DNA of 61,090 nt, counting the filler, from Aduncisulcus paluster (lineage: Eukaryota), in assembly GCA_024181965.1 (NCBI GenBank). It is 12 parts of 12 records of this genome, joined end to end, with 100 filler letters (N's around TTAATTAATTAA, not from the genome) between each part and the next. Parts side by side here need not be neighbours in the genome. Positions count along the whole stretch, not along the records: positions 23,718 to 27,838 come from BQXS01011118.1; positions 27,939 to 34,716 come from BQXS01011119.1; 10 more parts are not named here. One strand, written 5' to 3'. The notes below the pieces were generated by a model. That model was given only the letters and a program-made list of their open reading frames with translations, was not told where the DNA came from and did no database searches. The position numbers and the translations under genes were made by a program. Below are positions 23,618 to 34,816 of the stretch, in pieces (within the stretch, counting starts at the first letter, position 1; each line of letters opens with the position of its first letter).

Positions 23618-23717
23618 NNNNNNNNNNNNNNNNNNNNNNNNNNNNNNNNNNNNNNNNNNNNTTAATTAATTAANNNNNNNNNNNNNNNNNNNNNNNNNNN
23701 NNNNNNNNNNNNNNNNN

Positions 23718-25548
23718 AATCTAAGGGGGTAATCATATGATAGGTCGGTGGTCAGGAATCGTGTATGGGCAGAAATGCATCCAGGCATCACCATTTGCAT
23801 TGAAGCTGGAGAAGAGGAAGAGGAAGAGGAAGAGGAAGAGGAGGAAGAGGAAGAGGAAGTGGGTGAAGCAGTACTATCATCATCAGTATAATTTGCTATA
23901 TTATTCCACCCGAGTTGAACATTGGCCACCTCTGTTTCTACTTCTAGAGTACAGACAGAGTAGTTTGTACAAACAGTCAGGGGACTAACAAGAAGTACTG
24001 GTGTCCTGAGGGTTGGATTAGAATCATACAAGGAAGAGGAGGAAGAGGAGGAAGAGGAAGAGGAAGAGGAAGAGGAAGAGGAAGTGGGTGAAGCAGTACT
24101 ATCATCATCAGTATAATTTGCTATATTATTCCACCCGAGTTGAACATTGGCCACCTCTGTTTCTACTTCTAGAGTACAGACAGAGTAGTTTGTACAAACA
24201 GTCAGGGGACTAACAAGAAGTACTGGTGTCCTGAGGGTTGGATTAGAATCATACAAGGAAGAGGAGGAAGAGGAGGAAGAGGAAGAGGAAGAGGAAGAGG
24301 AAGAGGAAGACTTATTCTTGGAAGAGGAACGATTAAAATCATATTTAGAGCTTGTTGCTGAAGAACAAGAATGAGAATGGGTATTGAATTTGTTTGACCC
24401 GTGGAGAGATTCATCGATAAGCATTTTAGATAATGTGTCATCTGAAGAAACCTCACCGAAACTCTTTAGAATATGGTCAGGAACACCACTTGGACAGGAT
24501 ATATTGTTGATTAAAACCCTCCCGGATCCACTATAAATGGTAGACTTGAATGAAACGACATTTATACGCGTCGAGGCACTGGATTCGCTTGAAACTCCGA
24601 AACCAAGGTATATGGGGGCAAAGATACTATATATATCGAGAATATCAAACATACCGGTTGCTACCGATATGGAACCGGTTGGGCCGTAATGAGAAATAGA
24701 TAGTGAATGCAATGTGGGGATTGGATTGGGGGGGGAGAAGAGAATGAAGAATTTGCAACCGGAGTTTGAATCAAAACATTTCCGCTGAATATGTTGACGT
24801 TGATCGAAGAGATTTGGGAATAAATATTAATAGGAATCTCAACAAGAATGCTGGATGAAGCACAAGAATATTTTGTTCGTTTACCAATAGAATAGAAAGA
24901 CGAGGATGAAAAGTATTGCGTTTCTTTTTTGTTCATGGTCGTTTCCTCTTTTAGTTCATCGAGCCACTCACGAGAACCATGGCCGAAAACAGTGACAAAA
25001 GAACTATCTCCAAGGTTTTTAATCAGAATATCGGGCCTTTTTTGCAATTCAAGTTGCTCTTTATCCATGTTATTCTCAATTTGAGTCAATAAAATCCGGT
25101 CTGACGGTTCTGTAAGGACGTTGATCGTAATAGAGCCAAAAAACACATTTAGGGTCATAAGAAGTTCTCCGTTCTCATTAATATATTTGTTGATCTCGTC
25201 TTGAGGGACATTATATGAGTTTTCCGCAAGATAGTAACGTAGAGACATGAAAGGATCAATAACATGTTCCACCGTAGCTGAATGACTTAATAATTTACAC
25301 GAATGCATTTGAGATAGATATGTAAGTGCCGACACTAATGAAAAAATGACTATTATCCAGAAGATCAAGCATTGGCAAGTAAAATGTGGTAACCCAACTA
25401 TTCGATCCCATAATGTTACTTGCTTGAAATATGAGACGTTCTCATCTTCATCTAACATCGAAAAATGAGACCAAAATATTCCGAAAAAGTACCTTGTGGC
25501 GAAGAAAACGTTTTGTCCATCTTCTCTGCACTTCAATATATCTGCCAT
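23718..25548 (-). CDS. Hypothetical single-pass membrane protein, probably one gene split by a frameshift at the G8 run 24728-24735; 3'-truncated
   Basis: ORFs 24661-25548 and 23718-24712 overlap, and the second has no ATG start. One extra base in the homopolymer fuses them (SSPPP-NPIPTLHSLSISHYG). N-terminal TM (LIFWIIVIFSLVSAL). The start may instead be the ATG at 25458. Confidence 0.6.
23810..24310. repeat. 225-bp direct tandem duplication bounded by GAGGAA microsatellites
   Basis: Identical unique segments start at 23859 and 24084. They encode LYDSNPTLRTPVLL...STASPT twice. Confidence 0.9.
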
Positions 25549-25563
25549 TTTTTAGGCATTAAC

Positions 25564-27838
25564 ATGGCAGGAGATGATCATGTTAAAGCATATCAAATCA
25601 AAAGAATGATGGAATACCTTGAAATAGTCAAATGCTCATCCAAATATAATATTTCCCTTCTTATACCACCAACAGAACAACTTGCAACAATAATAACAAT
25701 GATAACTAATGAGTATAATGATGCATCAATCATTAAATCGAGATATACCCGCTCGATGTTAATGGGAATGTTAGGAAAAGTTCAAAGCCTTCTTGACAAA
25801 CATTCTAAACTTCCCAAGAACGGTTTGGCCATTTATGTCGGAATTATATTAAATAAGGAAGGTAAAGAGAAGAAATTTAGTGTTGATTTTGAACCTTTTG
25901 CCCCCATAGAAGATTTTCTATATGAACTTGATGACAAGTTTCATGTGGCATCGTTAACGGCCAGTTTCCCTACAGAAATCGTAACTCTTCCACAGATAAA
26001 GTATTCTTCCCCCAAGAAATATCAGAAAGAACAAGAGAAACTTAAGACAGAAGTTTGTGGTCTAACAACCAAACCAATCCCAATCTCGCACTCTTTATCG
26101 CTATTATACCATGGATCAGCACATTCTCGTGCATTACTATCCCGATCTATCCCCGATAACGCTCTATTTGTCGGAGAATGTCGATTTGGTGGATCTAGTC
26201 GTGGAACCATTGAAATTCGTAATGAAGGGCGTGAAGATGGAATTGTTCTTGTTCAATGTACTCCTACACCCGATAAAGAGTATGATAATATCGGGTTTGT
26301 TCCCCATGGATGTGATTTGAAGGCTTTAGATCTAGAAATGCACAGCATAGTGAAAACAAAGACCAAAAACACAGATATCACAGATATCACAGGTATCACA
26401 AGTGAGGGTGGTGAACAACAAGAGTCAGAGAAACAAGAACACGAAGACCACCAAGATAGACCCAAGGAAGAGATAAGCTCTCAAACTCCTACAAAACCTT
26501 CAACAAAACCTGCGCTACCCTTCTCTTCCTCTCTCTTCTCTACGTTCCCTTTGTTTGCACTGTCTGTATCGCCCTCCATTTCACATCATAACCAACGTCT
26601 ATCACCTTCTTCCTTTGTAACTTTAGACGACGAGAAGGCTCCCGACCTTATCGATGCTCTTACTCCTCATTGCCGGTTATTACTTGTAAGTGCCGGTTGT
26701 AGCCGGTTTATTCAAGTTGAGTATCTCCCGCGTAAAGCCGGTCGTGAAGATCAATTACAGCAAGTAGCAGCAAAGAAAGAACTACAAGATGAGAAGAAAG
26801 AGAAAAGAGAGGGTGAAGATGAAACAAGAAGGAATCGGAATACATTACTGTCTTATTCAGATAATGATGGAGATAAAATAACCATAAACGATAATGAACT
26901 TATAAAGTTTGCAATGTGTGGAGTTCGTTCCTCTTCTCTACTCTCACATCTAAGTGTATTACAGAAAGCTATTACCACAGGGAAACATAACGAACACCAA
27001 TACATTAATGTTGATGAAGACAAACATGAAGGAGATGAAGAAGAACAGAAAGGAATTGAAGAAGAAAGAGAAGAAGAAGAAAGAGAAGAAGAAGAAGAAA
27101 GAGAAGAAGCAGGAGCTATGAGAACAGATCAGAAGAAGAAAGAGAAGAAGCAAAAGCAAAAAGATTCTTGGCAAGCTGGACGGAAATTGGGTGACAGAAA
27201 CCCTCTAGTTGGTGGCAGACAGAAATGGGGAAGAGCAGATGTTCGAGCAAGGAAAAGCGAGGAATCTAAACGCAAAGAGTTTGAAGTTGATGTTTTACAT
27301 TCTATTTGTCTTGGTCGTGTTATACGACACATTCACACTCATCGTAATTTGGACTTTCAGACTGTCGGTATTGGTTCCCAATATGTCTATCGTACAAATC
27401 TTACAGTCTCAAACACTCATTCAAATTCCATTGAAGTGATGCCAATTGTCCATTCTGCTCTTCAATCAAGTGGAGTAGTGACTATTACACCCAGAACGGC
27501 TGTTATACCTGCCAATTCACATATTAATTTCGTTGTTGCTCTGAATTGTCATCCTTCAGGAATTCGACAAGTGTTGCCTGTTGATGGAACACCAATGCTT
27601 TGGGGAGGTGGGAAAAGTAGTGAAGATCTTGGTATGGTTTATGCTGATATTGTTACCAATGGTTGGAAATCACGGAAATTCTCAACGACACTCTCTCAAA
27701 AACATGGACATGAACAAGAAGAAGCTATTATTACAGATCATGAAATTGGAGTTGATTTCTCTTGTGTTGCATTGGATTCTCCGATATCTTCAATGTTTCC
27801 TCATAATTTATATCCTTCCTTGAGTGAGAAAGTTGATA
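25564..27838 (+). CDS. eRF1 domain-1 (N domain) fusion protein with downstream Ig-like/ASH-like segments; 3'-truncated
   Basis: Residues 1-131 align with the eRF1 N domain: YQIKRMMEYLE...ISLLIPP..Q.....MITNEYNDASIIKSR...LPKNGLAIYVG.I...EGKEKK..VDFEPF.PI...LY..DDKFH. No GGQ domain follows. Later segments (LDFQTVGIG...LTVSN...ITPRTAVIPANS..NFVV) look like an ASH/MSP Ig-like fold. Confidence 0.8.
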
Positions 27839-27938
27839 NNNNNNNNNNNNNNNNNNNNNNNNNNNNNNNNNNNNNNNNNNNNTTAATTAATTAANNNNNN
27901 NNNNNNNNNNNNNNNNNNNNNNNNNNNNNNNNNNNNNN

Positions 27939-28394
27939 TGTTTTATACTCATATTCTCATCGATAAAAAACTCATCTCAAGAAAGAACATGAAACATCAT
28001 ATTTCGATGTTTGGGAGTTAATATTTCAGTTAGAAATTAGCAGCAAAAATTCATTTGGTGGGAATCACTTTCAGTTAAATTGGATATAGCAAGAAAATTA
28101 GCTTGGCGAAGCTGAATCATTGGATAAAGCATTAATTTTGCTGGTAGTGTTATTTTCTACAATTTAAATTAATGTTCGGCGATAAATATTCTTTTGTTGT
28201 ACCTATTTAAATCATAGATCTTGCCACAAGTTATTTTCGTGTTTTCTCCCCGTACAATAATTTTTTTTGTAAGTTTATAGAATTATTTCATTAATTATAA
28301 TATAATTTTGTGTTAAATCTTCCTTTCTTATTTCTTTTTTGTAAAGACATTGCGTCGATGCATCCAACACATTCTCCCAGAGTATGTCTTATTA
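27939..28394. repeat. Left arm of a long inverted repeat (456 bp visible, cut by the contig start)
   Basis: Reverse complement of 33563-34034. One substitution and a 16-bp indel were seen. Confidence 0.95.
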
Positions 28395-31300
28395 ATAGCA
28401 ATAGTTTTTCAGTTTTAGTGAAATAATATATTATTAACTTGTGATTTTCTTCCATTATTTTGTCCATATATTGAATCGTCATCCCTCTATTTTCACGACA
28501 CCTGTTTTATTGTTTCGTTTGTTATTTCTGCGATGAATGAATGTTTTTCCATAGCTTCTATCCGTTCGACCTAGGTTTATACATGAAGGAAATTGGGTAT
28601 GTATTCCAATTCCACGAGATGACCCCATTATCGTTAGTCCTGTGTATTCCAATATTAAAGGAACAAATTCTACATTCGATACAAGCGATAGCCAATATGA
28701 CAAGGGTGATTATGTTCAAAAAATGATGAAAGGTGAGCGTAATGAGGGATGTATTACTCATGTATCCCTCACTTTCTCACCAACTCCAATTCGTGGTGCT
28801 TTTATCAGTTTATGGGGTTCGACATCATCTCCAGCATATCTTATCTTCACGTTCACTTCCTCAAATGAAGCTAAAATATCTAAGAAATATGATTTTCCTG
28901 AGTTTCGGAATTATTCTTGGTTTTTCCTTCCTATTGATCTCTCTGATGTTGTTCTTTGTGAGATCAAAGGAAAAGGAAGACGTACTGAGGATTTCGATAT
29001 CATGTCACTCGCTTTCATTCGAAAAGAGACCATTGAAGAAGCTAAATCCCGAAAACAACGAATTTATTCCATCGAGAAACTATGGTCTGAATCTGTATGT
29101 TGTTATTAGAACACGATTATTGTTATTATATAATGTTTGTTAATTTATTATCATTTTTCAATTTATTTTTCATTTATTTATTTATTTATTTATTTATTTC
29201 TGTTACTCAGGATTTTGTTATAGCAGAGTACAAAAATGATGGTAATATTGAGGATATTCCTATTCCACGTGCCGATTCATATATTATTCCTCCTGATTAT
29301 GAAAAGATAATTGCCATTGATGATGGAAAGAGTAAGGAATCGAAATATTACAAAAGGAGTACAAAAGCAAGTGAAATGCTCAAAGGAAGGAATGGAGGTG
29401 TATATTTTTCACACATGGCCATCCCTTTTCCATCACCTAGTCCCATAAAAGGTGCTTATATATGTATGGACAAAAGTTATAGTTCACCCTCTCTTCTCTT
29501 CACTTTCACGAATTCTGATGGTCGGAAAATCCCCAAAAGGTATGAATTTGCAAAACCTAAAAAACAATCTGGATGGTTTTATCTCCAAATCGATCTGTTA
29601 AACGTTGTGAACTGTGAGATTAAAGGTCGAAATGAATGGGGATATCAATATAGCAGACATTCATGCATATGCTCCCTCGTATTTGTTAGAGGTGAAAGTA
29701 GCATTGTAGAACGGGATAGAATTATTCCTTCTGGTCCTGACACTGATTCTATTTTTAGCTCTCTAGCTAGGATAGAATCTTCTTCTTCTATTTATAGATT
29801 GATTAATGATCGGGAAGAGAAAGAAAAGAAAGCTCCAAAACATGATTCTTTCATATTGACTTCTAAATCAGACATCCAGAGATTACGCACTATTGGTCAT
29901 GGTGGGTTTGGAGAGGTTCTTCTTGTCAAAGTTAAGGGCATTCCTTTCCCGTGTGTTCTGAAGAAGATGCTTAAAATCGCGGATAAAAAGGTTGTGAAAG
30001 ATTGTCGAAAAGAATTTAAAACTCAACGTGAATTGTTTAACAACCCCAAATGTTTCAACCGTATATCACGTCCTTTGTATATTCTTGACCTGCTTGACTC
30101 CAATATGAAAGGTGAATATGGATTTATAATGGAATTTTGTGCTGGAGGCAGTGTAAGTTCATTTGCCAGGAAATGGTGTGCCGTTGAGAAGTATGAAAGT
30201 CAAGGGGAAGAAGAAGAATGCTCATCTTCAGAAGAAGATAGTGATGATCACAAATATTTTGATCCCATGACATTAAACCCTGTGAAAGTGAGTGCCTTAT
30301 GTGTTGGAATGATTGAGTGTCTTTCTGAAGTGTTTAGAGCAAAGAAGAGTCTTGTCCATCGAGACATTAAGCCTGACAACTTCCTTGTTCGTTTTGATCC
30401 TGATTCAAAGAAATGTACTGTTGTTCTCTCTGATCTTGGATTGGCACAGATCTTAGATTCCATATCATCTTCATCAACTACCAAATCAGGTTTGATTCAA
30501 CCCATTGAGTTTGAAAAAAGGAAGGGAAAAAAAGAAAGGAAAAAACAAAATCCATCCAAATGTGGAACTCTTGTGTACAACTCTTATGAAACCCTTCGAG
30601 ATGGCACCCAATCTCAGAAGAGTGATGGATATTCTCTTGGAATGTCGATTCTTGCTTTATTCTTATGTGAACATCCTTTTGTTTCATTGCCCATATTCAG
30701 AGAAGTTATAAAAAAGCACCAAGGAAACATGATTGAAATTAAGATAATGAAAACTCTTTTGGAATTGATGGAAAATAACATATATCCAAGACTTATTCAA
30801 TCTCCCTTGTTTAAATCTTTGTTAACCATTGAAGGTGGTAAATTCCAGCCTGTTTATTCCTGTCTGAATGAAGTGTTCACAGGTTTAACTCAACTCGATG
30901 TTGGCAAACGTATGAGTGTTCATGAAGCTCGTGAGAAAGTTCAATACATCAAACCTCTTCTTCCAAAGATTGGAGAAGGGTGGGAATGTCCATCCATTGA
31001 GGATATTGTGAAGACTCAGCTTGCCAAGCATAAAGGTGATTCTGGATGCATTGTTGAGGAAGATGCTTCAGATATTATGGGAGAATTGGCTTCTAAGTCT
31101 GAAGAAGTAATGTTTTCTGCGATGCTCTCCTCAAAAAGACAAAGTGAAGAATCTCGTTTCCATGTATCTGATTACGGTGAGATTATGTTAAAAGAATTGA
31201 AGCTTTCAATCAAAAGAACATGTTCACAGTCGGAAATTATATCTCTCTATAAAAAATCTCACTCAAAAGTCAAGTTTATCCTTGATTCATTACTCTTTTA

Positions 31301-32489
31301 TTCAGACCAATCACATATTTTGATCACATCATATCAAAAACTTTTCAATCTATGTTTTGAGTGTCTTTCCTTGTTCGTGAAGCATAAAGTTACAAAAGGA
31401 GATGGGACTTTGAAGGAAGATGAGGATGATATTGAGGTTATTCTTGATAGTTCTCTCATCAAGAACATTATTGACACTTTCTTGCCTTCAATGATCCGAG
31501 TTGAAAATATTCTGCGAGTGAAAGAAGAAGAGGAGGAAGAAGAAGGTGGAACTAGTGAAGCTGGGGTGAATTCTATCACAATGTTATTGTTTAGGATAAT
31601 TGCTGTTTCTACAGTTCATGTTGAATCCCTTTGTATTTCTATTTTCCCCCAAATCTCAGCACTTCTCTCCAAGATGTTTATTCTTGGCTTATCCAAGAAT
31701 TTTAAAGATTCTTTTATTGAGGATATACTAACAACATGCAGAAATATTGCATTTGCCAAAGATGATCCCACCAAGAACTCTCTTTTATCCCTTCTTCTCC
31801 CTCACATCTTACCTTGGATAAAGAAGTATCCTGACAAGAAGATCTTTTTCTTGTGGACAAACATCTTGAAGAATATCACCCTTGACAAAGATAACACCGA
31901 TCCTCATAAACATCGTTCCTCACAACTCTGGTTTATGTTCCATCCTGTCTTGGATGTGATTAAGGATTCTGCTTCCAAAGGTATTACATTCAATGATGAT
32001 GCTGTCATTCGCTGTTTATTGTTCTTTGCTAACTTGAGTTGCATTCCTTCCCAAGCTGTTGAAGTGTATTATTGTATTAAAGATGGTCTTCTTGATAGTT
32101 GGTTTGAGACGATAAAGAAGCAGAGTGAAGAAGGGAAAGATGATGGAAATCAAGAAAGTATAATTCGCTGTTTAGATTTCTTCGATCATATCATTTGTAT
32201 TTCCCAAGATACCAAAAATGAAATTCGTAAAGCCATTAAAGAACATCTCGATGTCTGGTTAGATCTTAACGGTAAGAGGAAGGAGAAGCTATTATCACAG
32301 TCGACATCTTTTTCGCATAGTTTTGTGGATGAACCACCAGATTATATGTCATTTTCAGGTAGAAGTTACGAAGAAGAATTGAATGAACCCTTAAATGAAG
32401 GATCTGAAGATACCCAACAACAACAATTCAGTGATTCCCATGAAGAAGAGGGATTATCTGAGTCTGGGATTGAGGAAAGTATTGAATAG
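28358..32489 (+). CDS. Domain-X x2 - Ser/Thr protein kinase - alpha-helical (ARM-like) domain protein; predicted exons 28358-28381, 28555-29094, 29211-32489
   Basis: Kinase motifs IGHGGFGEV, VLKK, HRDIKPDN, DLG, CGTLVY and SDGYSLG. Intron 29095-29210 (GTATGT...CAG) joins KLWSES|DFVIAEY in frame, matching the paralogue KLWSEAPVVKAEF. Intron 28382-28554 (GTATGT...CATAG) joins MHPTHSPR to LLSVRPRFIHEG in frame (less certain). Confidence 0.85.
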
Positions 32490-33562
32490 TAGTATTGATA
32501 CTTTACATATATATATATAGATATATATAGACTATATAATATAATGGTACTACCATTGGTACAGTATAGAGCACTTCGAGGTAAACAGCGTCTTTTTTGA
32601 ATTATTCATTGATGAAATTGTGAAACCCAGTTGTTGATGTATAACCGGTAGTTACCGGCATGTACCGGCTCTAATTCTCGATAATAAATTTGCTAGCCAC
32701 CCTAAACAGGGTTAACCCAGTAAACTTTTCTGAGTAAAGTCTTCCCACTTTGAAAAGTATGAATCGTAGTATGATAGCTTAGCTATTAGCTTAGCTAATT
32801 TAGCTATGAATTATCATTGAATATGAAATCACGCAAAACGTTACACCAATTAAATTGGTCCAATTTCAAAACAGGGAACTTTATTCAATAAATTTTATTG
32901 CAGCAAACCAATATCATTTAGTATAACATCGTTACTAACATCGTTAGATTTAAAGAGGTCCTCTCAAACGACATATCTATTAACAACTCCGTTAGATTCT
33001 AAAGTTCCACTCTTTATTTGTATCAACGTTCAAGAATGCGAATGTAAATATATCCGTGAAGTATATAGAGACGCTAATTATGAAGATTTTGTCGTTTGTT
33101 TTGGTGTTACTCGAACAGAATATTGTTACATTCTTGAATATAACTGATCATATTGCTTCTCATCATTGGTGAATTCAAAAAATCATTCAATCATTCAATA
33201 GCTGATAGAGATTGTTTGCTAATAGAAGACGAAAGTGTTTATGGAGGAAATATTATTGAAACAGAAGAACTATTATTGAAATAAAATACTCAGTATTACA
33301 TGCCGTATAGAAGCCTTTGGAGTTATTTTAGGAACTTATTTTAGGGTTGATCAACTACCAGAGGAACGTCATCGAAGCTCTCGATGTCTTGGTAAAGCCA
33401 GATTTGTTGAGAAGATGACCTTGCCAGCCGATCCAAATGCTCCCATGAGCACAGCTCGTGTCCGATGCGTCTCCGAAGTAGGACTTGAGCCTCGTCATGT
33501 TTTTTTTCCTGCGTGATTGAGAACGTTAAGCCCTGTTTGTTGATGGGTGGGTTTGATACTAC

Positions 33563-34034
33563 TAATAAGACATACTCTGGGACTCCCAGATTCTCGGAGA
33601 ATGTGTTGGATGCATCAACGCAATGTCTTTACAAAAAAGAAATAAGAAAGGAAGATTTAACACAAAATTATATTATAATTAATGAAATAATTCTATAAAC
33701 TTACAAAAAAAATTATTGTACGGGGAGAAAACACGAAAATAACTTGTGGCAAGATCTATGATTTAAATAGGTACAACAAAAGAATATTTATCGCCGAACA
33801 TTAATTTAAATTGTAGAAAATAACACTACCAGCAAAATTAATGCTTTATCCAATGATTCAGCTTCGCCAAGCTAATTTTCTTGCTATATCCAATTTAACT
33901 GAAAGTGATTCCCACCAAATGAATTTTTGCTGCTAATTTCTAACTGAAATATTAACTCCCAAACATCGAAATATGATGTTTCATGTTCTTTCTTGAGATG
34001 AGTTTTTTATCGATGAGAATATGAGTATAAAACA
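33563..34034. repeat. Right arm of the long inverted repeat (472 bp; may extend further right)
   Basis: Reverse complement of 27939-28394 with a 16-bp insertion near 33583-33598. Confidence 0.95.
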
Positions 34035-34816
34035 CGATAAAACATCGAATTCCGGGTCAAAAAAATCTTGTGGAGCAAATGGCATGTTTTTATTGATTTG
34101 ATTCCCCTCTTTATACTGTGCCTTCATAACATCTTCATTGTACAACGTCTTAAGAATATTTTTCCAAATAATTCCCAATATTCCTGGAATATTACGATAA
34201 AAACGGAGCTTACAGTCATTGTAACTCGGTATCCATGTCATTATTCTTCATCTAATGCTTGTTGTTGTTTATCAATGATATATGTTTGATTTTCGAACCT
34301 TTTGACACCGTATTGTTCTTTTTTATTGTCATAAAACTGAACTCAACCGTTTGTTATTTGCCATACTACTCCCTAAAATACTGCTACAAACAAAAAACAC
34401 TCAACTTTCTGGTTCTGTTCGTTGCTCCTGGTTTCCACCCATTGTCTCTGAAAATAATTGACAAATTGACACAACAGCTCCTCGCTTAACTCATTTGAAT
34501 CTCGAATATCACATCAATAGCATCAATGACATCAATGCTATTCCCCAATCTGTGTGTCACATCATCTTATTCTTGGACGATGATTTTTGATTCGTGATCT
34601 TTCCTTTGTTTTGCAGAATCCAAGCTTTTTCCTTCCCTCTCTCTCTTTCTCTCTCTCTCTGAACAGTTCAAACAACATAAGAAGAGAACTTGATCTGCCC
34701 AATGAACTTGATTCTTNNNNNNNNNNNNNNNNNNNNNNNNNNNNNNNNNNNNNNNNNNNNTTAATTAATTAANNNNNNNNNNNNNNNNNNNNNNNNNNNN
34801 NNNNNNNNNNNNNNNN

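Noticed and set aside
25564-27838. Calling this the functional eRF1, or evidence of a reassigned genetic code
   Set aside because: No GGQ domain is present (GGRQ near 27211 lacks the eRF1 context). Genes in the window end at TAA, TAG and TGA followed by AT-rich non-coding DNA, consistent with the standard code.
32640-32810. Short palindromic or iterated words (ACCGG x3, TAGCT/TTAGC repeats) downstream of the kinase
   Set aside because: Too short and irregular to support a structured RNA or element terminus by eye.
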